Shown: positions 35,690 to 50,289, counted from the whole stretch's first letter. The stretch is DNA of 62,935 bases, filler included, from Octopus bimaculoides (GCF_001194135.2; 6 parts of 5 records of this genome joined end to end with filler, not necessarily neighbours in it); one strand, 5' to 3'. Numbers and translations: made by a program. Notes: a model not told the origin generated them from the letters alone.

Positions 35690-36660
35690 TGTGAATTTCC
35701 GCATATGCAAGTATCTCAATGCTTGTCCTATCTAGAATTTATTATTTTACACTTAGATGTGAATATCCTGTAAAATTCTTCTAAACATAGGGTGCATCTA
35801 TTGGTTCCAGATGTGCATGGCTTTGCAGGAGAAATCAATTCCCATTTCATCGTATAGTCCTTGTTGCTGTAGAATTAAATTCATTTCCACCAAGTTCTCC
35901 ATTACAATTTTACTCCTTAAGATAACGTTATCGTTGTTCTGTTTCTAGCTGAAGTTTTATCCGATTTGACGTTATTATTTATGTAAAATTCGGTTGTTTC
36001 CCTTTCCACAACATTTAATTTCTTAGCGTTCCCGTCTATCTGAGTTTCTTTATTCTGTTTGACATTTATTATGCATCAAATTTATTACGCTATTCTGATT
36101 GTAATCGCTTTTTTTTTTTTTTGAAATATCGATATTATCTTAACATTATGTGCTGCTATAATTTGTGCAATATTACGGCTAAGACAATAACCCAATCTAA
36201 TCTTGTGTTGATTAAATATTTCGTAGTATTTGTGGTTTTTGGAAAATATTTTTGAATTGCTGCATTAAACAATTTGGAAAAATTGTAATTGACCTGATTA
36301 CCAATTTGAATGATTAACCATAATGTATTCTTCGAGTTAAGATCATAATTTTGATGTTTGTATCCGTTTTCCGAAAGAGTAATTATTCTCCTATTCGATC
36401 CATTTTAAAGTTATTGTTTATTTTACTTTTATTCTTATCTTTAAATCGTTTAGCCGATTATATATTAAGAAAATCTGAGATTTTATTAGAGAATACTACA
36501 TCCTCATTTCCGTTAGCAGTACGAGAATTTTTAAACCGGTTATCAGCAATATTACGAATTTTCCTTTTGCTATCTTACTATAATAGGCGTTACGTCCTTG
36601 TATTTGTCTGTCTATCTGTCCATCTATCTGTCTATCTGTCTTTCTCTTTGTTCCCTTTTC
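35690..36660 (-). mobile_element. Penelope-like element, C-terminal (post-RT and GIY-YIG region) fragment, decayed
   Basis: FSKLFNAAIQKYFPK..KYLIN / CLSRNIAQIIAAHNVKI and KWELISPAKPCTSGTNRCTLCLEEFYRI..INSR, matching PLE C-terminal patterns. Confidence 0.7.
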
Positions 36661-37809
36661 ACGGCCAGACGGGTTTACAAAGACGGTCATCAGGAAGGTT
36701 TTTAGCATTTAAATATCAGAAAGTATGATTATTTCTTTGTTATCGATTTTTGAATTGATAAATCACCTTCACATTTTTATCAAAAATTCATCGACCATGA
36801 CTAACTCTGGATTGTCATCGTATAATTCGTGGCTTCATTGTAGATACGAAGGAGGTCGCGAGGACGGTTAATAGCGAAAATAAAATGGAAAAAGTGTGTA
36901 TTAGTATATAATGTGTATGATTAATTAGTGGTTGTTAATTTGTGTCAGTCTCTAGTAGGATTTAATACGTCTAATCAGAGCGGCTGTTATTTACATCTTA
37001 ATTTTGTCAATCAAAATAACTCGTGGTATCAAAACAACCAGATATTATTCGCATAGAACAGTGAGAGGTACGTTTTAGTTTGATTTCTTGGAACCCTAAT
37101 GGTTCCGCTCACTCCGTCATAGTAAACAAGGCACAGGGACAATCTTAAAATAGTATAGGCGTATTTTTGCCCACTCCGATGTTTACACACGTCCAGTTAT
37201 ACGTCTCTATAAGTAGAGCAACAGACTCCAGTAATTTGAAAATTAGCGTCGATGAAACAGAAAATATCGTCTACAAATAGTTTTATAATCATATCGATAT
37301 TATCAAAAGGAATATGATCCATAGTTTCAATAAGGAGATTTGTGAATTTTGAATAGATAAGAGTATAAACAAACGTAAAATAGTGTAAACAACTAAAGTT
37401 AAAGTATATCTAAATAACATTATTTTGCTAATACTTTTTATGTAACCTGTTATCCGGTAGTCCGGTACTTGACACGAGCACATTCACAGAATATGTACTC
37501 AGAAAGATGAGATTAGGGGAGTCCCTCTTATGGGTATTCATTCAGGTGTGTTTGTGTAGAGGACGTTACAAAATTGTATTAGGCGCACAACATTCATGAG
37601 GAACCTCTCTGCCGCAAATCGTAGTTCAAGTATTTCACCATTCACCTATGTCGGAATGTTCTATTATTTCTATTTGTGCAGTAAGAAAGTCTTCACTATT
37701 ACATATATACTGTCTTTACTATTAGCCAATATATTTTCAGCTCTTCTCTTCTACATAACCCACAGGGATGCCCGAGCCCAATAAGTTATCGCTTGTCCCA
37801 GTATACAGT

Positions 37810-38000
37810 ATTTCAGCTTATATTTTATCTTAAGATCTTCTGATTCCTGGATATATTCGGCTAGTGAGGTAGAATATTATGTTCCTGATTGGAAGACTTA
37901 TACGCTATTATTTCAGTTCATATTTTATCTTAAGATAATCTAATTCCTGGATATACGCAGCATGAGTTCTTATGTCCCTGATTCAAGGAGTACCTATGCA
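37810..38000. repeat. Diverged tandem duplication of ~98 bp
   Basis: TATTTCAG.T.ATATTTTATCTTAAGAT..TCT.ATTCCTGGATATA occurs twice. Confidence 0.7.
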
Positions 38001-39616
38001 TAGAGAATACATTATTTCACAGGGTCATTAGTGGATCCTATGTAAAGTTTGCTGCTGTATTGTATAACTAACTCATATTTATAGATTACGTTCATATGTA
38101 TGCATTGTCCTCCTCGGGGCGATCTGCAAAGTTTCCAGTAACTAGATCCGTGTGGCGGAGGCTTGTGAAGGACCTACACTTCACATTCTCATTTTTTGTT
38201 TATCATGTAGATAAGCGAGTTTTCGCTTATTAAATGCTATGTGCGAAAGAGCATTATCTTTTCAAATCTTAAATAGAAATCGTAACGCTGTTAACTATAC
38301 AGATATTTTTGAAATATGGTACTACTTTAATGAGGTGGCGAATGTATTGTGTAGGAAATATAATTTGATGCCAAGTGTGTACGATAAAATTCTTCAATAA
38401 ATCCACGTAAAAATATTTTGCGACAAGGATTTGCAAGGAATTCTTTAGGGTTTGAATGAGTCATCTGCGGAAACATGGGTGTTTTGTTCATCATCCTTAA
38501 ATAACCATTACTCAGGAACCTTTTGAGGGGTTTCGGCTACTGGACCTTAAGAAAATTCTAACTGGGCCTCACCTGTCAGATCAATTTGTTAGTTGTAAGC
38601 TAATGTATTTAAAAATATGTGGATGAGTTTTAGGGTTCATTGTAAGATTTTAAACCCAACATGCTGCTTCAATGGATTCTTCTACTGTTGGGATTACCTA
38701 CATCCAAGCATTTTACAGTCCTAAGCTCTGTATCCACTGTACTTGAAAGTAAGGTCTCTCTGAAACATTTTCAGGGGTTTGTGATTTCAAGTTTCGAAGG
38801 AGAAATCTTGTCTTACCCGCCGGTTAAAACTTCTCGTGTAAGGGCTGTAGATGTATTAAAATATGCTATATAATATTCACATCAATGAGTTCAATATTGC
38901 AACTTTTATACAGATAATGTCGTTATAGAAGATCATGGCTTTTCTGGGGAGCTGCATTATTGGCAGTAATGGGTTTGACTGTAGTATTAATTCTTGTGAA
39001 GTTTTCAAGAATTGGTTTGGTGACTGAAAGTTAATAGCGAAAAATAATTGGAAGAAGCAAATTTATTTATTTGTTTATTAGAGATCAATCATTCTATATA
39101 TATATTGGTGTCCTTCCACAAATAAGATGGAAAATGAGCCTTTTGTTTTAGCACAGTTTAGGTTTTAGTGGGTTGATAAGCATGAGAGAACAGTAGCTGG
39201 GAAAGCTGATTTTAAGAACTAAAAGGTACATCAAGGTTTTTTAGGAGCGAAAGGATATTTGTTGTCATCTCTCTTAAATCTGGGATATTATGTTTCCTCG
39301 AAATGTTAATATCATTTATCATTGCTTCGTGTATTTTATGCTCCCATAAGAAATTTCTTATACCTATTATGACACGTGTGTCAATAGTTAAGATAAAGTG
39401 GTAGATCGCATAAAATCCTTGTGGTGTTTACTTAATTCCTTGCACACTCGGAACTGAGAAGGATATTGCGTCGAATTTTGGTTACATTGGTCTGGTAGAA
39501 ATAAAATAGGTACATCCTATGTACGGAGTATCGTTGTATGTAACTACAGGTCTAATCTAAAATAAGTCATTTTCTTGCTTATCAGAAATTAAAATATAGC
39601 AATGTTCATGCGGGAC

Positions 39617-40088
39617 TCATTTTCCAACCACTGAAACCTTTCCGGTCCTTTTCAGTTGGCGTAGAACTTTTGTATGGGCTACGTTAAACTTTTCTGCAAA
39701 TTCTCTACAAGTAGCGGTTGGATTTTCTGTGACATCTTCCAACTTGTCCTTGTTTTGAACGACCTTCTTTTGGGCCCAACTTTCAAACTCAAATCCCCAC
39801 TTCTGAAGTGATAGAACCATCTCCTGCAACTTATTTCACTCACTGCATCATCACCATAAACTCTCTGAAGAGACTTTCCCGCTGTGCTTGCATTGACACC
39901 TTTATCAAATTCATAGAGTAAGACTTGTCTAATGTGATCTTTAGACGGGGCGAACATGGCTGCGAATATAGTAGAAGATCATGGCCAATACAATCAGAAT
40001 CTGAATCAAAAATGTATTGTGACATTCTTAAAACATTGCAAGACTGTTTTCTAAAAAAAATCGTCCATTACCTTTGCACCAACCTGAT
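39617..40088 (-). mobile_element. Mariner 5' part (Hsmar1/cecropia-like TIR and HTH)
   Basis: TIR TATCAGGTTGGTGCAAAGGTAAT ending at 40088; DHIRQVLLYEFDKGVNA..VYGDDAV..CRRWFYHFRSGD; ENPTATCREFAEKFNV..LKRTGKVS. Confidence 0.9.
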
Positions 40089-40214
40089 ATATATATATAG
40101 AATAAAGTTCTAGAAAGTAATGGAAATTATCTTAACGAATAAATATTGTCTCAATCATGGGCTTTTTCATTTTTAATAGAGACCTTAAAATCGGCCATTG
40201 CCTTTACACCAGCT

Positions 40215-40294
<80 letters not shown>

Positions 40295-40469
40295 NNNNNN
40301 NNNNNNNNNNNNNNNNNNNNNNNNNNNNNNNNNNNNNNNNNNNNNNNNNNNNNNNNNNNNNNNNNNNNNNNNNNNNNNNNNNNNNNNNNNNNNNNNNNNN
40401 NNNNNNNNNNNNNNNNNNNNNNNNNNNNNNNNNNNNNNNTATATATATATATATATATATATATTGTCT

Positions 40470-40590
40470 ATTATGTTTTACTTGTTTCAATCATTAGTCG
40501 ACAGTCATGCTGGGGCACCTCCTTGATTAACTCTTAGTCGAATGAATCGACTTATTTATTTATTTGCTATGCCTAGTACTTATTCTGTCG
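40470..40590 (-). mobile_element. Main-family SINE 3' fragment
   Basis: TACTTGTTTCAATCATT..CATGCTGGGGCACC. Confidence 0.65.
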
Positions 40591-41029
40591 GTTGCATCTT
40601 TTCTGTTTGGTGGCCAATTTTCAATCTCCTGAATTCCTACTCGAATTGATTTCACATCGGATATGCTGGGAAAGGTTTGGCACATTTTGAGGAACTTTTA
40701 CTTGCACAGCAGATCATGGTGCTCCCGCATTTCTGAGTCTACAACCCATACTGGTCCTGAATATCCTGAGATGGCATGTCACTCGATCATATCAATAGGG
40801 TGGAAAGTGCCTATAAACTGATGTGGAAGCCTTATTGGATCTAAAGTTTTACATTGTTCAAACGCCGCTGCGACAGCTGTCCAATGCTCAGTCAAGCGAA
40901 GCTAACCGCTGCTGCATTCACTTCATTCACGGTCATTGCTGGCATTTTGGATGGGCAATAGTCAGTGATGGACTTTCTCGGTCACGGGTGGACAGTCAAC
41001 ATCATCATGTATGCATGTATGTATTTTTT

Positions 41030-41310
41030 TTTATCATTTACTTGTTTCAGTCATTAGACTGCGGCCATGTTGGGGCACCACCTTGATGAAATTTTAGTCG
41101 AATTATTTATTTCTTTTTAAGCCTGGTACTTATTCTATCGCTCTCTATTACCGAATCGCTAAGTTAAGGGGACATAGACACACCAACACCGGCTGTCAAG
41201 CGGTAATAATAGAAAAACACAGATAAAAAGACACATAAACACAACCGCACAGATATATGTAATCGACGGGCTTCTTTCAGTTTCCATCGACCAAATCCAC
41301 TCACAAAGTA
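41030..41310 (-). mobile_element. Main-family SINE, 5'-truncated
   Basis: GTTTCAGTCATTAGACTGCGGCCATG...GACGGGCTTCTTTCAGTTTCC. Confidence 0.75.
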
Positions 41311-41892
41311 TGTATGACGGAACTGCAAATCAATGTAAAGAATTGGGAAGAACTACCTTTGGAAAGAGCTGAGTAGAAGAAGCGTATAGGGGAAAGTTGT
41401 AAATCGTTTAAAGAGAGTCGCCTTCAAAGTGATAGCGCAAGGGGCTGGCTTTGAAAGTGCTGTCATCAGAACTTAAAACGCTGAAGGCAGGAAACGTGTC
41501 GGGGTCTGGTAATCATCTGAAGTACATGAAAGATGTTATATCACACGTTCGGATGACCTCTACTCAACTACTCCGACGTCTAGACTTCTCCCTCTATATC
41601 TACGTATTGGGCTAGCCTACTTCATCGTCTAGGGGCGTCGACACAACAAAAGGTCAACTAACTACATGCAACCGGTTGTTTCAAGGTGTGCTCGTTCACA
41701 GGAATCATATCTCACAGACAGATCCTATTAATCCAATGACTGTTAAGATTTCCACCTATAACCTAAGTTTCAAAATATACAAAATTGCTGCGAGACTGGA
41801 TACTCATAGGCAGGTCAGAAATATCATTAGCAACGGTGAAGCTTACAAAGAAGGCAATCATCTATAAAGGTTGAATGATTGCCATACATACG

Positions 41893-41924
<32 letters not shown>

Positions 41925-43710
41925 TGTATGTATGTATGTATGTATGTATGTATATGTGTGTGTGTGGATGTATGTATGTGTGCATTTATGCATGTTTGTA
42001 CGTACCTATGTATGTATTATGTATGTATGTATGAATTAATGAAAGAATTTGTATTTCTCATTTTTCCGCACAGAGATCACGGTATTGTGCAATGGAGGCT
42101 TCCTTAGAATCACGAGGAAGTGTAATCAACAATAGTGCTATACCTACGTATAAAAAAAGTTAAAAATTAAATTTGAAAAGTGAATATTAAATATATACAA
42201 AAAAAAACCGATTTTATTGTCATAAATGAAGATATATTTATTCAAATTAATAACAATTAATAATAACAAGAATCTCTGAAATCTAAAAAGGTAAAATATG
42301 CAAAATAAAATAAAAGAAAGAAATTCAAAATAAAAATTATTTTTTCTTTGAAGCTATATGATTTGAAGATATAACTGAACATTTCTCATCATATGAAATA
42401 ATGTGATAAGAGTTAGTCATTCCTTTATTTTTCAAACTAATTATATTATAGTATTGAATTATATNNNNNNNNNNNNNNNNNNNNNNNNNNNNNNNNNNNN
42501 NNNNNNNNNNNNNNNNNNNNNNNNNNNNNNNNNNNNNNNNNNNNNNNNNNNNNNNNNNNNNNNNNNNNNNNNNNNNNNNNNNNNNNNNNNNNNNNNNNNN
42601 NNNNNNNNNNNNNNNNNNNNNNNNNNNNNNNNNNNNNNNNNNNNNNNNNNNNNNNNNNNNNNNNNNNNNNNNNNNNNNNNNNNNNNNNNNNNNNNNNNNN
42701 NNNNNNNNNNNNNNNNNNNNNNNNNNNNNNNNNNNNNNNNNNNNNNNNNNNNNNNNNNNNNNNNNNNNNNNNNNNNNNNNNNNNNNNNNNNNNNNNNNNN
42801 NNNNNNNNNNNNNNNNNNNNNNNNNNNNNNNNNNNNNNNNNNNNNNNNNNNNNNNNNNNNNNNNNNNNNNNNNNNNNNNNNNNNNNNNNNNNNNNNNNNN
42901 NNNNNNNNNNNNNNNNNNNNNNNNNNNNNNNNNNNNNNNTATATATATATATATATATATATGCTCTCACAAATATTTATATACATATAGATATTGAGAG
43001 TGAGAGAGAGTGAAAGAGAGAAGGAGGGGAGATAGCGTGTTCCTTTTTCTGTTGGGAAATTTATATGAAATATGACTAAGGAGATAATTCTGAATATATC
43101 AAGACACTTTAGCAAATAACACATGGATTATTGACGCTAATCCCATGTTCGAAGAGAAGCAAGTGGATAAGAAGAGGATGGAAGAATAAAGAAAGGCGAA
43201 GGAGCATGAAGAGTACAAACGGAAAGTGGAAAAAAAAGGGGAAGATAAGGATGAAAAAGTTGTTTTAGAAATAGAAATGAATAAGAAAACGTTTGATAGA
43301 GAAGGAATTATGACGTAAAAAACATAAACGAGGGAGAGGTTTGTTATGAAAAATGAAGACATATGAGGATTAAAGATTTGGAAGATGTAAAGGTAAGATT
43401 TGAGAGACAGATAGGAATTAAGAGAGTAAATGTAAGACGAGAAAGAGATCGAGAATAAATATACTATTTCTGATAAAAAATAATCAAGAGGAAAAATTAT
43501 AAGGCTGGTATTTCTAATGTGTCCTTTCAAAAAAAAAAAAAATGAGAAAAGGAATATCGGAGGATAAAATAAGAAATGAATTAGAAAGGGGATTAACTTG
43601 TACATGTATGAATGTATGTATGTATGACTGTATGTATGCACAGATATATGAATGTAAGTATGCATGTATGGATATATGCAGGTATGTATGTATGTGTATA
43701 ACTATATCTA

Positions 43711-43805
<95 letters not shown>

Positions 43806-43901
43806 NNNNNNNNNNNNNNNNNNNNNNNNNNNNNNNNNNNNNNNNNNNNNNNNNNNNNNNNNNNNNNNNNNNNNNNNNNNNNNNNNNNNNNNNNNNNNNN
43901 N

Positions 43902-43992
<91 letters not shown>

Positions 43993-44350
43993 TAGACATT
44001 TATATGTCCCAAAATAATATGCATACACTCTGAAACAAATTAGCACACACACACACAATATATACAATATACAATTATATATATATAATTCTGATTTACG
44101 TTAGCTCCTTTTAATCATATGGTCAGCCAAGTAGGCGAGGAAGGATTGTTGTACTAATATGTTCAATGTAACAACTATAAACTTGAAGTTTACAACTTTC
44201 AGTTTCCTGTATGTATATAATAAATATATACGTACACACAAATATACATTCACACACACATACATAGACTCATACAAACTCTCATACACACACAGACACA
44301 CACACGCATATATATATATATATATATATATATACATTTCTACATTTACA

Positions 44351-44418
<68 letters not shown>

Positions 44419-45301
44419 TCTGTGTGTGGAAAAGTATTGCTAGATTGGGCCAAACGTCTCAAGATGACTTCCTTTTATTTCGTTATATTTATTCAAAGCT
44501 TTCTTAAATTCTAGGAGTTCAACACCTTATCATGTAAAACAGGAGACATTTAGTATATGTTTCAGTTTATCAGTCAATAAATATAACGCTTGATCATATT
44601 TCTGATTGAAATTAAAAAAAAAAAAACAACCATTTATATTATACTTAAGAGAAATTTTCAGTTGTTACTCTAAGATTAATGATAATCGTAATGAAAGGAA
44701 TCGGATTAGTATTTTATTGCATACACTGTCTCAAATAAGAGGCATCGAGGATTAATCGTAATTGTAATAAAAATACATGTAGGACAATAATTATTTTCCT
44801 TGTTTTATGTAGAATATTATACATTGTTTTACAAACAAAATTAACAGACAACTAATCTCGTATGGTAAAATTGAAATGGAGTTTTAATTTTCATTTTTGA
44901 TATACAGCAAAACGACTGTCATCGGTAGATATCATTTAAGAATTAAAAATAAACTTTGTATTTTGTACTGAGAAAGAAAAGAAACAATATTGGAGAAACG
45001 AAGACTATCTTTACCTCAATTGCTATTACGGAACAAAATTTTAAATTCCTTAAACCCAAAATACAACATATATTAAATGAATGTCAGTTACCATGATTGC
45101 TGAATGTTTTTTTGTTTAAAGATGTCAAATAGTAAAATTAAGAATTTAAATTTCGATGCAAATGTCATGATCTGAACCACTGCCTGTGAACATCAACAAT
45201 AAGAGTTGAAGTAACGCTTTATATTTTCTGTAAACAAATACAAGCATTACGAGTAATATCCCTAAATATACACAATGTTTATATGTACGTACACAAATAT
45301 A

Positions 45302-45350
<49 letters not shown>

Positions 45351-45695
45351 NNNNNNNNNNNNNNNNNNNNNNNNNNNNNNNNNNNNNNNNNNNNNNNNNN
45401 NNNNNNNNNNNNNNNNNNNNNNNNNNNNNNNNNNNNNNNNNNNNNNNNNNNNNNNNNNNNNNNNNNNNNNNNNNNNNNNNNNNNNNNNNNNNNNNNNNNN
45501 NNNNNNNNNNNNNNNNNNNNNNNNNNNNNNNNNNNNNNNNNNNNNNNNNNNNNNNNNNNNNNNNNNNNNNNNNNNNNNNNNNNNNNNNNNNNNNNNNNNN
45601 NNNNNNNNNNNNNNNNNNNNNNNNNNNNNNNNNNNNNNNNNNNNNNNNNNNNNNNNNNNNNNNNNNNNNNNNNNNNNNNNNNNNNNNNNNNNNNN

Positions 45696-46455
45696 CCAAT
45701 TGCCATCGCTGTGTTTACTTCACAAATTGTGAAAATTGTGTTTTTGTAATCACGTCTATGATATAGTCTGGAAGTTGGAAGAAGGAGACAACGTGAAATT
45801 TCTCGGTAAACTTGGGACGTCTGCTACAGAGACATTGAGCATGCTTCAAAGAAGAAACAACAGTCTTCATGGTAGAAGAACCGTTCATTTCCACGGCCGA
45901 AGAAAGTACGACAAACAAAGGTCAAAAGTTTGTTCATCGTCTTTTTTTTCGACATCCACCTTACTGTGCATCAGATTCCGCCCCTTTCCCAGCAGGGCAG
46001 TTCTACTACGACGTTTTGAAGCGCTTGAGAATGGACATGAGGCGAAAGTGACAGGATCTGAGGAGCGAGAAGAATTGGATTCTTCACGACGACAATGGAC
46101 TCCGTCACTAAGCTCTCCTCACTCGTGAGTTTCTCTTCAAAAACATGATATCGCTTCCACACCCACCCTGTTCGCTAGTTAACACCTGCGGTCTTCCATC
46201 TCTTCCCCAACATAAAAAGGCAATGCAAAGTTCGCTGTTTTAATGCCGTTGTAGAGATGAAGAGCCAATCACAAAAGGTCCTTGTCTCGCTCATAGAAAA
46301 CCACTTCCAAGCAGAATTTCCTAGTAACAGGAACACTGGGACCAGTGTAGTGCTGCAGAAGGTAACTATTTCGAAGTGGATGATGTTAAAACTTCAGCAA
46401 ATAACTTACTTTTTCTTAAACATAACTAATCTGGGAACTATGATACCACCTCATG
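45696..46455 (+). mobile_element. Internally deleted mariner transposon with 3' TIR
   Basis: VKFLGKLGTSATETLSML; FYYDVLKRLRMDMRRK; WILHDDN; PHPP; HWDQCSAAEGNYFEVD; CTGGGAACTATGATACCACCTCAT resembles a mariner right TIR. Confidence 0.85.
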
Positions 46456-46724
46456 AGTTTGCATGTGTGACCATCTTTGTGTGTTTGAGTGCGCTGATAG
46501 ATAATTCAGAGTCTGACCGGGTGGGGCTCCACAAAGAGTTCGAAAAACGAAACAAGACAAGTTTGAAAAACACGGTTAAAAAAGTCATTTCTTCCATTAC
46601 ACTTTGATAAACGAGCATCAGAAACGCATAGAAGCAATAATTATCATCTATGTTGTACTATAAATCTGGCTGTATATTTTATGTCGAAATCTTTATTGCT
46701 CTCATAAACTACAATAAATAAGTT

Positions 46725-46865
46725 TGTGGTTTCGATTCCTGGACGGGGCGATGTGTTGTGTTCTTCATTAAAACAGTTCATTTCGCGTTGCTCCAGTCCA
46801 CTCAGCTGCTAAAATTGAGTAATTCTGCCACTGTCCGGCGTTCATTGGAGGAATATATTCGCCTC
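46725..46865 (+). mobile_element. Second-family SINE fragment
   Basis: GGTTTCGATTCCTGGAC B box, then CTCCAGTCCACTCAGCTG..AATTGAGTA. Confidence 0.5.
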
Positions 46866-47516
46866 AAAATCCGGGAAACAGTCCTCATACGCCTATGTCA
46901 CGGGAAGCACCTTTAATCCTATCTTTTCATATATACATACATATATATANNNNNNNNNNNNNNNNNNNNNNNNNNNNNNNNNNNNNNNNNNNNNNNNNNN
47001 NNNNNNNNNNNNNNNNNNNNNNNNNNNNNNNNNNNNNNNNNNNNNNNNNNNNNNNNNNNNNNNNNNNNNNNNNNNNNNNNNNNNNNNNNNNNNNNNNNNN
47101 NNNNNNNNNNNNNNNNNNNNNNNNNNNNNNNNNNNNNNNNNNNNNNNNNNNNNNNNNNNNNNNNNNNNNNNNNNNNNNNNNNNNNNNNNNNNNNNNNNNN
47201 NNNNNNNNNNNNNNNNNNNNNNNNNNNNNNNNNNNNNNNNNNNNNNNNNNNNNNNNNNNNNNNNNNNNNNNNNNNNNNNNNNNNNNNNNNNNNNNNNNNN
47301 NNNNNNNNNNNNNNNNNNNNNNNNNNNNNNNNNNNNNNNNNNNNNNNNNNNNNNNNNNNNNNNNNNNNNNNNNNNNNNNNNNNNNNNNNNNNNNNNNNNN
47401 NNNNNNNNNNNNNNNNNNNNNNNNNNNNNNNNNNNNNNNNNNNNNNNNNNNNNNNNNNNNNNNNNNNNNNNNNNNNNNNNNNNNNNNNNNNNNNNNNNNN
47501 NNNNNNNNNNNNNNNN

Positions 47517-47579
<63 letters not shown>

Positions 47580-48403
47580 CAAACTTATATCTTAAGTATC
47601 ATATTTCATCATATGTGATCATTGTTAGATAACTCAAAATTCGCCAATATCAGCAGACATATTCCTTCAATTTCATATCAAACAGGGTTTCCTTGACTGT
47701 AACATGGAAATTTAATACCTAAAATACGACAGAATATATTAACGGATGTTCTAGAAGACACTTTCTCATTGATCACTATGTATATGATACCTTTTGTAAA
47801 GTATTTTCTTTACTAAAAATGTAAAAACTTCCAATAGTTTACGAAGTTTTAAGATATTTAATTGAAATTTAAGATTGTTACATGAGACAAGTTTTGCTGA
47901 CCGGAAATATGTTTTGGATTATATCGAACAATGTTGACTATGCTACCAAACGTCTATCGTAGCTAGTGGCCCATTACGCACGTTGAAATTGGCAATTAAA
48001 TGTCGGACAACCAAAGACACATCTATGCATTTACATACACACACGCACACAAGTATACATATGGTTGTGTATGTTTGTATATATGTACACTTATACGCAC
48101 GCACTAACATGTGCACTCACATATATATAAGCTGATACATATAGGGAAAGGAAAATGTAAATCCAAACAACAAATGTTTCCAAGAAAAGCTGAACTACCT
48201 ATTGAAGTCGCCATCAAATTCGACGCGGGTACACAGAATTTGTTTATCGAGTATCATCTGCTTATATCATCTATACAAACCGTGTACAGGCCTGTTATAA
48301 ACTACCTAACTGCGCCATGTCCCATATAGATCACACTGATCTCAGTATACACGCAGACACACGCATACACGCACAACCATGTGTTTGCGCAGACGTACAC
48401 GCA

Positions 48404-48438
<35 letters not shown>

Positions 48439-50289
48439 NNNNNNNNNNNNNNNNNNNNNNNNNNNNNNNNNNNNNNNNNNNNNNNNNNNNNNNNNNNNNN
48501 NNNNNNNNNNNNNNNNNNNNNNNNNNNNNNNNNNNNNNNNNNNNNNNNNNNNNNNNNNNNNNNNNNNNNNNNNNNNNNNNNNNNNNNNNNNNNNNNNNNN
48601 NNNNNNNNNNNNNNNNNNNNNNNNNNNNNNNNNNNNNNNNNNNNNNNNNNNNNNNNNNNNNNNNNNNNNNNNNNNNNNNNNNNNNNNNNNNNNNNNNNNN
48701 NNNNNNNNNNNNNNNNNNNNNNNNNNNNNNNNNNNNNNNNNNNNNNNNNNNNNNNNNNNNNNNNNNNNNNNNNNNNNNNNNNNNNNNNNNNNNNNNNNNN
48801 NNNNNNNNNNNNNNNNNNNNNNNNNNNNNNNNNNNNNNNNNNNNNNNNNNNNNNNNNNNNNNNNNNNNNNNNNNNNNNNNNNNNNNNNNNNNNNNNNNNN
48901 NNNNNNNNNNNNNNNNNNNNNNNNNNNNNNNNNNNNNNNNNNNNNNNNNNNNNNNNNNNNNNNNNNNNNNNNNNNNNNNNNNNNNNNNNNNNNNNNNNNN
49001 NNNNNNNNNNNNNNATATATATATATATATATAGGTATTATAACTTCAAAAGTTGCCCGAAGAGCTTGCATATGAAATTCGGTGTAGCAATAGACTCCAG
49101 CTAGCATAAAATCTATTATCAATAACGAGTATGTCATTGAATATTGAGTGCATTTATTTCTAACTCCAAACTGATACATTCATAATATAAAAATACGCAT
49201 GTATGAATGTATGTATGTATGTATGTATGTATGTATGTATGTATAAGTATGCATATATGTATGTCTGTATGCATGTATATATATATGCATGTAATCATAT
49301 CTGCACACATATATATATATACACGCACACACATATGTATGAATATGTGAAAACAATTGGGTTTATTCATATATATGTGTGTGTAAGTGTATATATACAT
49401 ATTTATATACAAACACGCACACCCTGCACACATGTATATATATGTATACATATATNNNNNNNNNNNNNNNNNNNNNNNNNNNNNNNNNNNNNNNNNNNNT
49501 TAATTAATTAANNNNNNNNNNNNNNNNNNNNNNNNNNNNNNNNNNNNNNNNNNNNATATATGTATATATATATATGTGTATATTTATGTATAGATATAGA
49601 TATTTATGTATATATATATATATATATACATACGTACACCCCCATCGCACACACATATATGTTGACAGAGAGTGAAAGAGAGGAAGAGAGAGAGGAAGGG
49701 AGAGAAAGAGAGGGAGTGATCATTTTCTCTTAATAAAGCATTTCCTATTTGACAACTGTAATTGCGACTCCGTTTTATTTCACACAGTTACGAACACATA
49801 CATACATATATATATATATATCCTTTTCATTTCGTTGTTTCTGCTGTCCTTGCCGTTGTTATTTTTGTAGTAGACGTTGTTTGTTCAATGTCATAAATTT
49901 CGTGGTTTTAGAGAATTCTATTGTAAATTTTATGACCAGTTTCATTATTGAACTTTTTGTTTTGTTTTTGTTTGTTTTTTTGTGGCTTTTTTTTTTTGCT
50001 TTTTCTTTGTTCCTGTTTCCATTAACTTTTTACTGACAGATTTTAAAGACTACCTTTTAAACCTGAGAGTCCAACATTGAAAATTACTCCCTGGTCACCC
50101 CATTATCGCCCTATTATTCTTCGATGCTTCGCCAACTCCAACTCTTTCCACCACCCGTATGGAATTGTGGGAACATCCATAACACGGGTGGACAGAAACC
50201 TACAATATCAAATTCGCTTAATCGGCAGACTGCTTTATTTTCTAATGTTGACAAAATATATCTGTTCCCTGATAATTCCCAACACACTT

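Noticed and set aside
38640-38870. Minus-strand VDTELRTVKCLDVGNPNSRRIH resembling an R4/Dong endonuclease
   Set aside because: Weak, with no supporting PD or K-Y motifs found
40590-41000. GC-balanced segment between SINE fragments with partly open frames
   Set aside because: No recognisable domain or convincing splice sites; left unassigned
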